Positions 46,915 through 59,564 of a DNA stretch of 64,000 nt are shown piece after piece. The stretch is taken from contig NC_083234.1 in NCBI RefSeq assembly GCF_032191835.1, positions 40,796,001-40,860,000 of the forward strand, given 5' to 3'. The notes beneath the pieces were generated by a model. That model had not been told where the DNA came from and did not search any database. It saw nothing but the letters and a program-made list of their open reading frames with translations. This DNA comes from Heteronotia binoei. Lineage: Eukaryota. Each line of letters starts with the position of its first letter. Position 1 is the first letter of the stretch. A program made the translations under genes and the position numbers.

Positions 46915-49900
46915 GTATAAAATATGACATTGTGGGGATACTCCTGAAAGCAGGTGTAAGGAAGCCAAGGTAGAGCAAAACATCCATGCAAAAATAGTCC
47001 TAGCTTCAGTCCCACAGGTGACATGCTACCCCTGTGTCTAGCCCAGTATGTTTACTTGGCTATGAGTTCCATTATGTCCCATGAAGATTCCCAAGTAATT
47101 CTTTGGCTTTTCTTCTTAATTGTCATTCTTCACCATAAACAAGTTCTAAGCTTATACAATAGCACTGTCCCACATTTATCATTTCCTGCCTTCTCTTCGT
47201 TGTCTGTTTTACATTGTAAGCTCCTAAAGGGCAGAGGCTGCCTCTTCTAAACTGGTGCTTGCCACCTGGGTTTTTAAAGCATTATTTCATTAATTTATAT
47301 TTTTATACAAGTACTTGGTAAAATTGCAGGCTGTCTTAGAAGATGCCATTCCCTCTTGGAGAAGGGAGTCTTGGAGAAAGGAATAAGGATCTGCTTGTTA
47401 AGATGGATGTGGGGGCCATTTAAAACAAAGCAAGTATGCTTTTGTTCTTTAGACTGAGTGTTCTCACTAAGATACAAAAGTATGCAGATGTAGGTGCTTA
47501 CTTAGTTGATGAAAGCTCACACAATTAATACTGCTGTTTGTTTTTTAAACTACTATTATAGCTATTTAAATAATGTTTGTGTTTGTTTTTTACTTTCAGT
47601 CATACATAGTTCCAGAACATGTGCAAAGCCTTCTCCTTGGCATGCTAGCTCTCTGTGTGGAAAGAACTGCTTTTGTATGGAATTGCTTTTTGTATGGAAA
47701 AATAAAGACAGCTTGAAGTGGCATAGCAGTGATGCCAGTTTAGCATATTAATGAAAGTTAGGCAAAAGAAAGGGTCTTTTCTACCAGCATACTGGGAAAT
47801 CCCAGACTTTACATTCCTGTTCTCTCCCCTCCACCCTCATTTGAATTGATCCATAAGAAATTGATTTAGCATGCCTCCTTACTGGCACAAATTAAGAGGC
47901 AAACATATTCATAATTTTAGGATCTTTACATACTGCACAGTCCATATGATTAAATCTAATTTCTTTGGGAGAAGAGGGAGGGTTGTGGACCTCCATGGTT
48001 GTAATTATGGGGGAGGAGGGGCAGCACAAGTGAAATGTGTGTCCCCTTCAGTGTTAGAAATGTGAGGACAGAATTTGCTTTCTGTTTGCTTTATTCCCTT
48101 CTCCTGGTTATTTTGGGGAGTTCATAGTCACCACAAACTAACTAAGCCTCCTTGGGAAAGTAGCTGCTGCCGGCCAGAGGTTTTTTTCATTTGAAAATGG
48201 CTGCCGGGGAGGGGGAGGGTGGTGATGGTACCACCCAAGTCTGGCTTGATTTTCTTTTAACCATTAAACCCATACTTACAAAACAATAAACTTCCATTTG
48301 TAAAATAACATCTAAGCTTTTGTGGGCTTCTCAGAATGAAGGGTCCTTCTGTTTCGGGACAGAGTTTTTGCCCACAGCCTAAAGACCCCAGAGATGTACC
48401 AGAAACGACCACACAGACTACAGCTGAACACCCACAAAGCAAAGCTATATATATATATATATAAAGCATTTCATCCCGCCCTTTCTTTCCTTTTTTGATT
48501 GTTTGTTTTAACAATACTTTATTTTCTAGGAAACTTTCTCATTTTAGTTGTGTTTGAAATCAAAGTCCCAAGCGTCTGGAACCAGCCACCACAAGGAATT
48601 CTTTTGCAATGTCATTCTCAACTCCCAAAGTATTCCCGAGTCAATTCTCCTGGAATGTCGGCTTCTAATCACTTGCTCATGCTTTGCATACCTCCCTGGG
48701 GTACTGGGTTGATGAGGAGGATGTTGCTCATTTTCAGCATGTGCATCTTGGTGGAGGGAAGGGGGTCTGACAAATGGAAATCTATGGAATTTAATCATTC
48801 CTAATGAATGATGCATTCCCCTCCCCCAGCCCTGCTAATTCTTTGAGGTTGTGTTTTATTTAGATCCTATCATGCAGATGAGCACAGCGCACGCACCCCA
48901 CAGAGGACGTCAGGGAGAAATTAAGCAATTTCCTTGCTCTTTGGAGTCCGCATATTTGAGATCATTATTCCTCCCTAAGTCATCTGTGTTCAAAATTAAA
49001 TAAATGCCACCAATTAAAAAAGAAAACAAAGGCACAGACATATGTTACATATTCCTGATGTTCCAAAGCAGATTTTCTTTTTTTACATAAATAAAAATGC
49101 CATCCTTCACCCACTCACTTTGGCAAGTGTTCTCTAAAGTTAAAAAATAGCCCAAACTAAGTAATCAGGAAAAACCACAGTGGGGTTTCAAAGCTTTGCT
49201 GTTAGGCCATGTAACCAGTCCAATACAGCAGTGTGGCACTGGATGCACTGCTAAGAGTGTCCATAAGTAACTGTAGCCAACGCTGCTGCATGTGCCCATT
49301 TTAGCAGGTGCAGCTTGCTGAGTCACAAAACTGTGCCTGCCAAAATTCCCTCTTCTACACTACAGTAACAACACAGAAGCCCATTCACTATTGCATCTGG
49401 TGGTCTGCAGACAAGCAGGGATGGACATCCTAGAACAGCTCAGAAATCAGGTCAGAATCATCAGCTCTACAGGACCAAGTGACACCTCATTGGCCTGTTG
49501 TGTCATGTGACTCCTGGTGAATTGGCAGCTGCAATATCACCCTCTGCCAATCTGTAAGGGTGGAACTGCAGTGCAGCAAAGAGAAGGTATGCAGTTCTTT
49601 CCTCTAGCAAAGCTGCCATGATGGTGCAAAGTACGGGCTCTGTGTTGCACTGCTAGTATCACTGATTCATAACCCTTGGTATCAAGGCCTGAAATAAAAG
49701 TACAAATGCATGACTGCTTTAAAGAAGAGTGCCCTTCCTCCAAGGAGTGGCTCCCTTTTATCCTTACAACCGAAGACTGCTAGCAACCAGTGGGAAAGGG
49801 AGGGGGCAAAGGAAATGACATTGCACCAGCAGCCCAACATCACTTCCAGTACAAACATGGATGTGACATCACCATGTTGGTGTGATGCTTTAGGATCCCC

Positions 49901-50657
49901 CAAAGGGGACCCTAGAGCATCACACTGTTGTGATGATATCAATTCCAGGTTTCCCCCCATCGCCCTGCCAACTGGCAGTGGAGCCAGTGAACAGAGGCAG
50001 GAGAGGCCACAGCAGAATACTTGGAAAGCCTTCAACAACCCCATGAAGTAGGATGCTGAGAGAAAATGGAAGGACTAAGGTCACTCAATAAGTTTCCTGA
50101 TGTGGGGATTTGAACCTGGGTTTCCCTGGTGTTCAGTACTCTAATTACATGAACTTTATTGTCTTAATCCAGAAATCCGAATATCAAGTAAAAGCATTAT
50201 TATCTGTTTCTTTATTTAGAACTGTAGGTGAACACAGTGTTTTACAGAAGAAAAAGACAAATCCCTACCCTAAGGCAATCCCAACATTAATTAGACAGGG
50301 GGCATGAAGGAAGGGGGACCTGGGCTGAGTGCCGGGAACTGTAATTGCCTATCCTTAGGCCTCATTTCAGTTGCAGATGACTGCAGACTCAAGTTGCAAC
50401 TCTGTGCACACTTACCTGGGAGTAAATCTCATTAGACTCCATAGGACATTCTTTTGATTAAACATTGCACAGGATTGGGTTCCATAGGGTTATAGCAAAA
50501 AGTGCTTAGAAAAGGTGAATTTGGACTTGAGGCTTAAGAGAAAGGTAGCTCTACATTACGGAAGGATGCATCAAGCATATGGAGCAGTAGGGGGCAGAAT
50601 ATTTTAAGTAAGTGATCAGGAGACCTTCAAGCAGTTTAGGAGCTAGAACTGGGGAAG

Positions 50658-50863
50658 TAGGGTTGCCAACTCTGGCTAGGGAAATACCTGGAGATTTGGG
50701 GGATGGAGCCTGTGGACACGAGGGTTTGGAGAAGGGAGAGACCTCAGCAGAGTATGCCTTACAGTCCATCCTTCATTTCCTCCAGGGGAACAGATCTCTG
50801 TAGTCTGGAGATCAGTTGTCGTTCTGGGAGATCTCCAGGTTCCACCTGGAGACTGGCAACCCA
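50658..50863 (+). mobile_element. hAT MITE, TAGGGTTGCCA family
   Basis: tagggttgccaac ... ctggcaaccca; flanks (t)ggggaag / ggggaag. Confidence 0.8.
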
Positions 50864-50891
50864 GGGGAAGTGAAAGTCAAGGGCAGAGGTG

Positions 50892-50976
50892 TGGATGGAT
50901 GGATGGATGGATGGATGGATGGATGGATGGATGGATGGATGGATGGATGGAAGAATGGATGGATGGATGGATGGAT
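50892..50976. repeat. (GGAT)n microsatellite
   Basis: Direct reading. Confidence 0.97.
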
Positions 50977-51699
50977 AGAGGGAGGGAGGGAGGGATTTTT
51001 AAATCCTTGCTGTTTTTAGCACAATAAGCCACATTCATGTTTATAAAATTAGCTCTAATTCTGGCAGCTGTTAGATTAAGGAGAGCTGCTTAATGGGTAA
51101 CAGTCCCTGTTCTTCCCATTAAAAAGTAACTAATTTCTTCTCCCAATTGATTGACCATTGCAAGGAGAACTGGGTTTAGATCCTCATCACCACATAAAAT
51201 TCACTGGGTGACCTTGTTCCATTCAACCTCTCAGTCTAACCTACCTCACATGGTTATTATAAGAATCAAAGAAGGAAGGCAGAACTATGTGTCCCACCCT
51301 GAGCTCCTAAGAAGAAATGCCGACTAGCGGTGTAATAGATGTAAATGAACTTGCCTCACAAGAACCTCACAAAGATGGCTAAGCCAAAGATGGAAGCACA
51401 GATCAAGGATAAATCTTGTGTATCAGAGCTAAGCAGCCTAGTGCAATATGGATTTCTATATGGATTCCTTTATATATGGGCAGTGACATCATTTCAAGGG
51501 ATGAAGCAATGATACACTGGCATTCCCTGATACAGCCTGTGCCACACTTGACAGATGCAAGGGAATCCCAGAAGCATCATCAGTGCCCAGAAGGCATAAG
51601 CGCATCAGGAATCCTGACTGGCTAGGCAAAGATGAAGGCAGGGCTTCAGCTGTTACAAGGAGAATGTCTGCCAACTGCAGATGGTAACTGGATCCAGTA

Positions 51700-52450
51700 A
51701 AAAGTCACAGGTAAGTCACAGTCAGCTTATGGTGACCCTATAGGGCAGTTGTCCCCAACTTTTTTTGTCGCAGGGACCAGCCCCAGGGCCGGCCAGGCCA
51801 CAACGGCCCCAGAGCTGGCAAGGTGGGGGTACCCAATTCGCCCCCATCCCTTCGGTGGAGCTTCCTCCTCCTCCCCCATTTCCTTCTCCCTCCTCTGCCC
51901 CGCCTTCCCACAGCCTTGTCGCCCCCCATGCAGCCTCGCCGCCCCGTTTTCACCATTTTAAGGCCAGGAAAGGGGCCATGAAGCACTTTCCAGGCCAACC
52001 TCCCCCCCACGCTGATCAGCTGATCCAATTGGCCGAGAAAACCGTGGCAGCATGGCTGTTTCAGCGGGTTGCTCACCGCTGCCGCCGCAGTTTTTCACGC
52101 CAATTGGATCAGCTGATAGGGGGAGGGAGGTCGGCCTGGAAGGTGCTTCACGGCCCCTTCCCCGGCTTTAAAATGATAAAAATGGGGGGCAGCGAGGCTG
52201 TGCGGGGGGCAGGCAGCTGTGTGGCCCGCTTGGAAACAGGCCATGGACCGGAACCAGTCCGTGGCCCGGGGGTTGGGGACGCCTGGTGTAGGGGCTGTAG
52301 GCAAGAGATAAAAGAGGTGGTTTGCCATTGCCTTCCTTGGCATAATGGCTGTGAAATTCCCTGGTGGCTTCCCATCCAACTACTAGCCAAGGCCAAGCCC
52401 TGCTTAGATTCCAAGATCTGACAAGATCAGGCTAGCTTGGGCCATCTAGG
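51700..52450 (-). mobile_element. 5S-derived SINE split by a MITE
   Basis: Minus strand from 52450 reads gatcttgtcagatcttggaatctaagcaggg...gtagttggatgggaagcc (5S-like); the 3' tail ggtcaccataagctgactgtgactt is at 51700-51745. Confidence 0.75.
51746..52285. mobile_element. hAT (Charlie/Buster-type) MITE with an internal palindrome
   Basis: cagttgtccccaac ... gttggggacgcctg; TSD CTATAGGG/GTGTAGGG (6/8); internal inverted arms at about 51945-52055 and 52080-52190. Confidence 0.85.
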
Positions 52451-52855
52451 TCAGGGCCCTGCAGTTGTTGATCTATCTACTCGCTTGCATTCAAGATTTG
52501 TTGAGTTTATTTTTATGGTTTAAGAGTATAGTCAATGGCATCCCCCCCCCAACAATTTTCCAAGGAGTGATTTCCTCTCCTCCATTTTATCCTTACAATA
52601 TCTGTGAGGTAGGCCAGGCTGAGTGAGAATGTCTCAATCAAAGTCAAACGGAGTTTTATCGTGTGGGGGGATCTGAACCAGGGTCCCCAACTGTCAGTAC
52701 TCCAACAATTGCACCACACTATATTTTTATCATCCCCTTCTTCCAGAAGGCTTGAAGGGGGCATACAGGATTCTTCCCCCATTTTATCCCAACAACAACC
52801 ATGTGAAACAGAGGAAGCATGACTAGTCTAAGGTAGTGTCATGTTTAGCATGTTG

Positions 52856-54244
52856 TGTAAGCCAAAATGCCCTCAAAACGAGCTTGGGGAATTGTCTGGT
52901 GGGCACCTGGCTCACTCAGGATCTTTTTACCTGTGTGTACAGGATTCCACGTCCAGAAAAGTAATGCTTAAAAATATTAGGGACTCTAAGTAAAACCATT
53001 AAAATTTATTAAGAAAAATATAGTCTTCCATACAAGATAAAATACTCATAAAATCACACATTCAGTCCTAGGAAACATAGATAGAGAGACAGAGGAACAC
53101 ATGGTTAGACAAACAGGGTAATATTTACCGATCGTAGTCTTCAAGGAAGGCTCCGATGGCGACGAGCAAGGAAGTGGGAAAGGGGACCCGAAACTGATCA
53201 GGAATCGGGGATGGGTCTATGCAGCGGAATTGGGATACTGATAGAAGCACACCTGTGGGTAGCTAGTCCACAGATTGCAAGGACTCTCTTGAGCCCTTAG
53301 GGAATGGGAGGTATGAGGGAGGAGGAAGGTGGTCAGCTGGTGCATGACCTCACGAAAAGGGGAGGTTTCGCAGTGACTATAAGGGCTGGACTACTGCAAC
53401 AACCAATAGAAAGTTCATTGGTGGCACCTAATTGGGTGCTTGCTCTTGACCAATGGACTGGCTTGGACTGGGTGCTTGCTCTTGACCAATGGACTGGCTT
53501 GGATCCTGGATGCCAATGGACTGGATACCAATGACCAATGGACTGGCTTGGATCCTGGATACCTGAGTGAACTTTCAGGTTGAAATGGATCAAGGGGAGG
53601 CTCCAAAATGACAGTTGGGAAGAAGAATAGAGAGATTACTTGGGTGGGGAGATACTTAGGACTATTAGACTTATCTAAAAGGGTGACAATAGAGAGTCAA
53701 ATCATGGCCTAGGTAACACCCAGTTTGTACAAAGGAACTTGGCTCTGGCTGAAGATGGTCTTCCTCTTCTTCTGTCTTCTCCTTGGCACTAATCTTTGTC
53801 TTGAGTTCTGTCAAACAAAGAAAGTGGCGGTTGGACGATTAACCACTCCTGGGGTGGGTAGGTTGCTTGCAGGCATAGGTGACATCTGATGTGCATGTGA
53901 GCCATCCGCTTCGCTGGAATGGAGTCAAGCCTTGCAGGAAGATAGCTGCATGAGGTGTTAGCCCTCCACGGTGGATTCCATGGTCAGTGCTTCAAAACCA
54001 TTCACCTGGACAGCTCCTGGCGGCGCAGTCTCTTCCACTCCATGATGGACGTCATGCGGAACGACGGGAAGTCTTCCGTTCTCCTGGTGGGCACTCTTGT
54101 ACCAGTCTAGAGTGCCTTTGTAGCGTTATGGCTGCTAGTACTGCATAAGTCCCTTTTGCCCCTGGATAGGTTTACCCACACTCTCTGGCCAGACGTGTGT
54201 GAGTCACTTCTCCAGGTGCTCTGGCAACCGAGCTGGTGATTACG
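52856..54244 (-). mobile_element. Solo ERV-like LTR (1389 bp)
   Basis: Termini TGTAAGCC...GATTACG (CA mutated); 6-bp TSD ATGTTG/ATGTTC; AATAAA on the minus strand about 150 bp from its 3' end; homologous to 21674-27093. Confidence 0.88.
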
Positions 54245-55768
54245 ATGTTCTGTAAGGGAGTTTTTCCCCACAGTTGGGCTAGAACACGGAAGAACCAGGT
54301 CAAATCCTCATCCTGCTATGAAATTCACTGGGTCTCCCAAGTCCTTGCCCAACATGCTAAACACTGGACTAGATTGGCTTGCATTGAAACCTATGGAGGG
54401 GACTGCAACCCAGCTATAGAGATTTTTGGAAACACTGTAGTCAGTGCATGAACAGACCGAATACAATAAATTTGGATTAAAATGAAATTATGAGATTGCC
54501 TGGATTAGGATAACATTTCTCCACAGACACACAGTTTTATAGTGGGTCCAAACTTAGTTCAAAGACTTCTTGTTTCCCCTGTTTTTCCCATTGAGTTTAC
54601 CAACAAGCCAGGCTCACCAATTGTGTAGTTTGATTCAAACTGTATTTCTAAAGCAACTTCCTGCATTGTTTCCAGGTCAGATATATTCAGCTAGGATCTG
54701 TCACAGACACAGCAAGGGCACACAACCTGATTAAAGAGTAGATAAAGGTTTGTTTAGGAATTAACATACTTCATAGGAAAGAGGAGAGACAGAGATAAGG
54801 GGGGAGGGACTGAGTGTGGCACTTCCAAGAAGAGGGAAATTGCCCTAAGTGTAGCAATCTGGAGACAGAAATAGAACGACACTTAACAGGAGAGAAGGTG
54901 CTGACTTTACCATCCTATCTAATTGTCTTCCTGCTGTCCTCTGCAGGGTCTTCTTCTCTTCTTCTTTGTACACCAGGCATTGCCTTTTCCAATAGGATTG
55001 GAGAGGTGGGGAGAAGAAATGTTGTTGAGAATATGGCATAGAGGACAGGAAGCAGCTGTCAAGCAAACAAAACCTCTGTGTCCAAGTTGCAATCTTTTAT
55101 TGTAAACTAAAGTTCACAACTCTGTGAAAAATCCCAAAGTAACACATAGAAAGCTGCAAGGCAAGGAATAGTCTACCATTGTCTTTTCAAAAATCAGAAA
55201 TACCTATCTGAATAAAGAAATGAAATTATACAATGCATCCCTCTTCCGCCATCTACTGGCCAATCTGAGATCTTTCTCTTGTGTTTCGGAGAAGTGACTT
55301 TTCTCATTACCTGGTCCTTTACAAAAGGCAAACCTTCGTCCCTCCCTCCAGAAATAGATTTGCCTTTTTGTTCTGCAGGGCAAGCACTACTTTTCCCTGT
55401 ATCTGTGCACATGTTCAGACCAAAACATGCTGTTGCACCTGAATAGGGGTCAGAATGATATGCATCTCTTTTAGATTGCCAAAGAGCCATTATTTTACTT
55501 GTCTGTCATCCAACTGTGTTGGACCTGTAAGATGCACAGCACTTCCAAAGCCACAGTTCCAGATCCTACCAAGCTTTACCCAAACTCAATATGTTCTACT
55601 TCAATTTCTCCCTATCCCAATCCTTGCCCTCCAGTCAGGAGGCTACTATTTTTGAAAGCGAATATTAGCAATTCTCTGGGTTGGAGAATCAGTTATACAT
55701 GGGGTGTTTGCCCTGACAGGGATGCTATTAAAAAGCAGAGTTTTTTCCTGCATCTGCACACCATCATA

Positions 55769-56037
55769 GAGACAGTCTGGTGTAGTGGTTAAGTACATGG
55801 ACTCTTATCTGGGAGAACCAGTTTGATTCCCCACTCCTCACGTGCAACTGCTGGAGTGACCTTGAGTCAGTCATACCTCTCTCAGAACTGTTCTGCTCAA
55901 GAGCAGTTCTGGCAGAGCTCTCAACCCTACCTACCTCACAGGGTGGTTGTTGTGGAAAGGGGAAGGGAAAGGAGATTGTAAGCCGCTCTGAGCCTCTTTC
56001 AGATAGTAAAGGGCAGGGTTTAAATCCAATCTTTTCT
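55769..56037 (+). mobile_element. Squam3-like SINE
   Basis: ggtgtagtggttaag, gtttgattccccactcct, gtaagccgctctgag, tttaaatccaatcttttct. Confidence 0.88.
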
Positions 56038-56141
56038 GTGCATCTCCCAGATCTTCCCCTCCCAAACCTGCTTTGCTGCCTCACATTGGGAAAGATCACA
56101 GCAAAGCAGGATGGCTGCCCAATGGCAAGGAATGTTTAGAT

Positions 56142-56464
56142 CAGGGGTCCTCAACCTTTTTGATCCTGTGGGTACATTTGGAATCCTGACACAGCATGGT
56201 GGGTGCAGCAACAAAATGGCAGCCACAAAATGACTGTCATAGGAGGCAGAACCAACCACAAAATGATTGCCACAGCTTAACTTCAGTTACACAGTGCAGA
56301 TTCTTCTGCTGCAGTGGCTCAAAACAACATGTAAAAAATCTGCACAGCCAGTCACATCTCCAATAGTCAGTCAGAAGCCTTGGTGGGTAAAAGCCCCACC
56401 TGGCCCACATGCTTTCTAAAACACTTGGTGGGTTCCAGAATGGGCACCATATTGGGGAGCCATG
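56142..56464 (+). mobile_element. hAT (Charlie/Buster-type) MITE
   Basis: caggggtcctcaac ... attggggagccatg; perfect TSD GTTTAGAT at 56134-56141 and 56465-56472. Confidence 0.9.
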
Positions 56465-56529
56465 GTTTAGATTTTCCCAGTGCCGCTCATACCAGTTCCA
56501 TTTTCAGCCCCAGTATCTAGGATACAAGA

Positions 56530-56930
56530 TAGAATCAGGTGGGTAGCCAAGTTGGTCTGACGCAGCAGAATAAAGTTTGACTCCAGAGGCACCTTTAAAA
56601 CAACGAAGTTTTATTCAAGGTTTATTCAAGTTTTATTCAAGGCTTTTGTGTGCATGCACACTTCTTCAGATACAATGAAATGGAAGTTATCAGTCCATAC
56701 ATATAGGCAGAGGATAGGCAGCCAATTAGCATACAGTATAATGAAAATATTTAACAGATGCAAGGACCAAACAGGAATAACAAGCTTGGGTTACCATTTG
56801 TTTGGGTTTAATTCTGGGGGGGAAGCACAGTGAAGGAAAGGGATATGTCAAAATTGGAGGCTTATGAGCAGATGTATCCATAAGTGTGGAATGCTGAGAA
56901 TAACTGACTGAGACCCTGGCATTGTGCTCT
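56530..56930. mobile_element. Penelope-like element terminal fragment
   Basis: tagaatcaggtgggtagccaagttggtctga...ggcacctttaaa...ttttattcaagg...gtgcatgcacacttcttcagatac; same terminus as 31013-31228. Confidence 0.65.
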
Positions 56931-56944
56931 TTAGGATACGAGAT

Positions 56945-57390
56945 GTGATAGTACCACTGTATACTGCGTTGGTCAGAGTCCATTTGGAGTACTGTGTCTA
57001 GTTTTGGAGGCCTTTTTATAGAAAGAACTTAGCAACTTTAGAGCAGGTGCGGAGGAGAGCAACAAGGATGATTCAGGAGTTGGAAACTAAGCCTTACAAT
57101 GGAAGGCTATGGAAATAGGGGATGTTCACCTTGGAGAAGAGGAGGTGAGGGGTGTGCAAAGGCCTGTCATTCAGAGGAGGACAGGGTGCTATTACAATTG
57201 GTAGTGGAGGGTGGGACTTGTAATAACGAATTTAAATTATGGGTGGGGGGCATTGGCGGGATATTGGGGGGGATTAACAATAACAGTGTTGGAAACAGTT
57301 GCCCATGGATGTTTTAAGTCATCCTGAATGGTGCAGGGTGCTGGACTGGATGGTCTTTAGGCCCCTTCCAACTTTTGAATTTTATTATTT
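56945..57390 (+). mobile_element. CR1 LINE 3' fragment
   Basis: ttggtcagagtccatttggagtactgtgtc.agttttgg, gaggagagcaacaaggatgatt, ggccccttccaact tail. Confidence 0.85.
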
Positions 57391-57589
57391 GCCCTAACCC
57401 CACCCTTGCCGCTGGATGGGGGCTTTTGGAAACTTTTTAAAAACCAGTAATAGACATATTGAAATTATTTATAAATCAGGAATAGGGCCCATTGTGGAGG
57501 AAAATAGAACAGACTCTGGAAGGAGGCTCTGGGTGAGTGCCCCCACCCTTGCTGTCTTCCCACCCACCCAAGTGAAGGCATTTACTCCC

Positions 57590-58060
57590 CCCCCACACCT
57601 CCAGGGGAGCAGATCTCTGCCATCAGGAGAGTAGTAATTCTGAGTGATCATCAGCCCTCACCTGGAGATTGGCAACAGTGGTTCCCCAGGAGGAGATGGC
57701 TGGTTTGGAGAGTGGAGTCTATAGCACTGTACCTGCCGAAGGTTCAATCCCTCCTCAAGGTCACCCTCTCCAGGCTCCACCCCTCAAATCTCCAGGAATT
57801 TCACTACCTGGAGTTGGCAACTGCTGATTCACACTGGCTGTCATAGGGGGGCTGTTGCTGCGCAGGAGCAAGCATCCAGGCCTATATAAGTCATACCACT
57901 CAGGTGGCATCAAGTCTAGGGTAGCTAACCTCCAGGTGGATCCTGAAGATCTCCTGGGATCACAACTGAACTCCAGACAACAGATCTTTCTCCCTATCCT
58001 GGAGAAAATAACTGCCTTTGAGGCTGGACTGTATGCCATTCTAGTCACCTGAGGCCTCTC
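57590..58060. mobile_element. Cluster of degenerate TAGGGTTGCCA-family MITE fragments
   Basis: cctggagattggcaac, cctggagttggcaac and tagggtagctaacctccagg, similar to 50658-50863. Confidence 0.6.
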
Positions 58061-58424
58061 CTTTTACTGACAAAAGTTGGTTGCCTAGGAACAGCCTCTG
58101 GCTAGGGGAAAGGCTGAAGGGAGGAGGGAGAGAGGGAGTGGGCTATTGATGGGGCAGCAGAGGTCTGTTGCAAGCAACGCTTTTGTGAGGCCAGTTAACA
58201 GAGGCGATACAGAGAATAGTTGGAAATGTGGCTGTCTCTGAGTATGACTGTTTTGGTGATTTGTTCAGCATTCCTAGGCCTGCAGTAGGTGGGAACAAGG
58301 GAGTCAGCCAATGGGAAGCCAGAGATACTGAGTGAGCCTTGATGGGCCAATTATTTGTTGAGTGCATGGAGTACATGGAGAGCTCCACTTGGCCTCCACC
58401 AAAGGGAATTATTATTATAGACGA

Positions 58425-58572
58425 TGCCTGGAAGGCTTAGGATCAGGTATGATTAGTACCTGGATGGGAGACCACCACAGAAGAAGGCAAGGGAATACCA
58501 CCTCTGTTGGCCTTGAAAATCCCATGAGGGGTTGCTATGTTGGCTATGACTTAACAGCACTTTCCACCACCA
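58425..58572 (+). mobile_element. 5S-derived SINE (5S-Sauria-like)
   Basis: gattagtacctggatgggagacc matches the 5S internal promoter region; tail gcactttccaccacca. Confidence 0.7.
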
Positions 58573-59564
58573 TATATATAACAATATATCAATTGCCTCT
58601 ACACATCTATTACAGAGATGCTACCATCTCACCACTTGGTGAGAATGCACTTGAAAATAGGCTAGTGCCCACATGTTGGCACATTACAGTGAATCTGTCA
58701 AGGCTACTTGAATAAAAACTTTTATGATACTTAGATATCATGGTCTTTTGAAATCCTATGTGTTCATATAATTGTTTGTTTGTTTAAGAATTTCACAGTA
58801 CACTCACTGAACTACATCCTCCACAGTGCTGTGTTGGAAAGCCTTCATAGCAAAGCAGGTTTTTACCTATAATATAAACACAATATCTGGCTGTTGCTCA
58901 CTCATTCTGAATCCTCTGTGGTAATCAGCTTCCTCTGTGCTGCACATACTGGTCCCTCCCCCCTTGCTTTAAAGCTGTGTGTCTTTAAGACACTGACATC
59001 TGGATTTTATCACATGAAGCTGTTCTTCAGCACTGACAACAACAATGGTGTCTGTACAGTCTTACGATTTAGACTGGTTCCAAAAGGTGTGTGAGGGGGG
59101 TGTTTCTCAGCAATTACCCAGTTTTGCAGTCCCTGCATTCCAGCCAAAAGACTTAAGGGGAGGGGCTAATTTTCGACTGAAGAGTTTTCCTTAATTGCTG
59201 TTTGACATTCACACTGTGTGCGCTGTCACAAACGTGTAAGATTAACCTGTATCTGCAGTGCAACAAGGAAAATTGTCTATTGCCAAGCTGATCCTTGATA
59301 TGCTTGTTAAGAAATGAAACAGCACCAGCCTGAACCTGACAGAGATGAGCTGGAAAATGTGGAGTGATTCACTACATAGCCAAAGCCAACTGGACCCCAA
59401 AATTTCCTTTGGAAGTCTCCTTTGTGAATGTGGGTGATGAATAACCACCAGATAGTGTTTTCTGAATATGCCAGTATTTGCTGTGTATTCATTAAATGTT
59501 CAGGGAGGGGCTGCAGTTCAGGAAGAGAGCACATGCTTTGCACCTAGAAGATTCCAGGTTCTGT

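Noticed and set aside
51416-51715. Plus-strand exon ending at cacag|gtaagt near 51710
   Set aside because: The donor lies within the 5S-SINE tail and no frame is open across the segment.
52330-52450. 5S rRNA gene (also 44505 and 58425)
   Set aside because: Diverged from 5S and fused to a Sauria-type tail; these are SINE3 copies.
54923-55105. Signal-peptide-like GLLLFFFVHQALPFP after a good plus-strand acceptor
   Set aside because: It comes from a CT-rich low-complexity tract, has a weak donor, and has no recognisable downstream partner exon.
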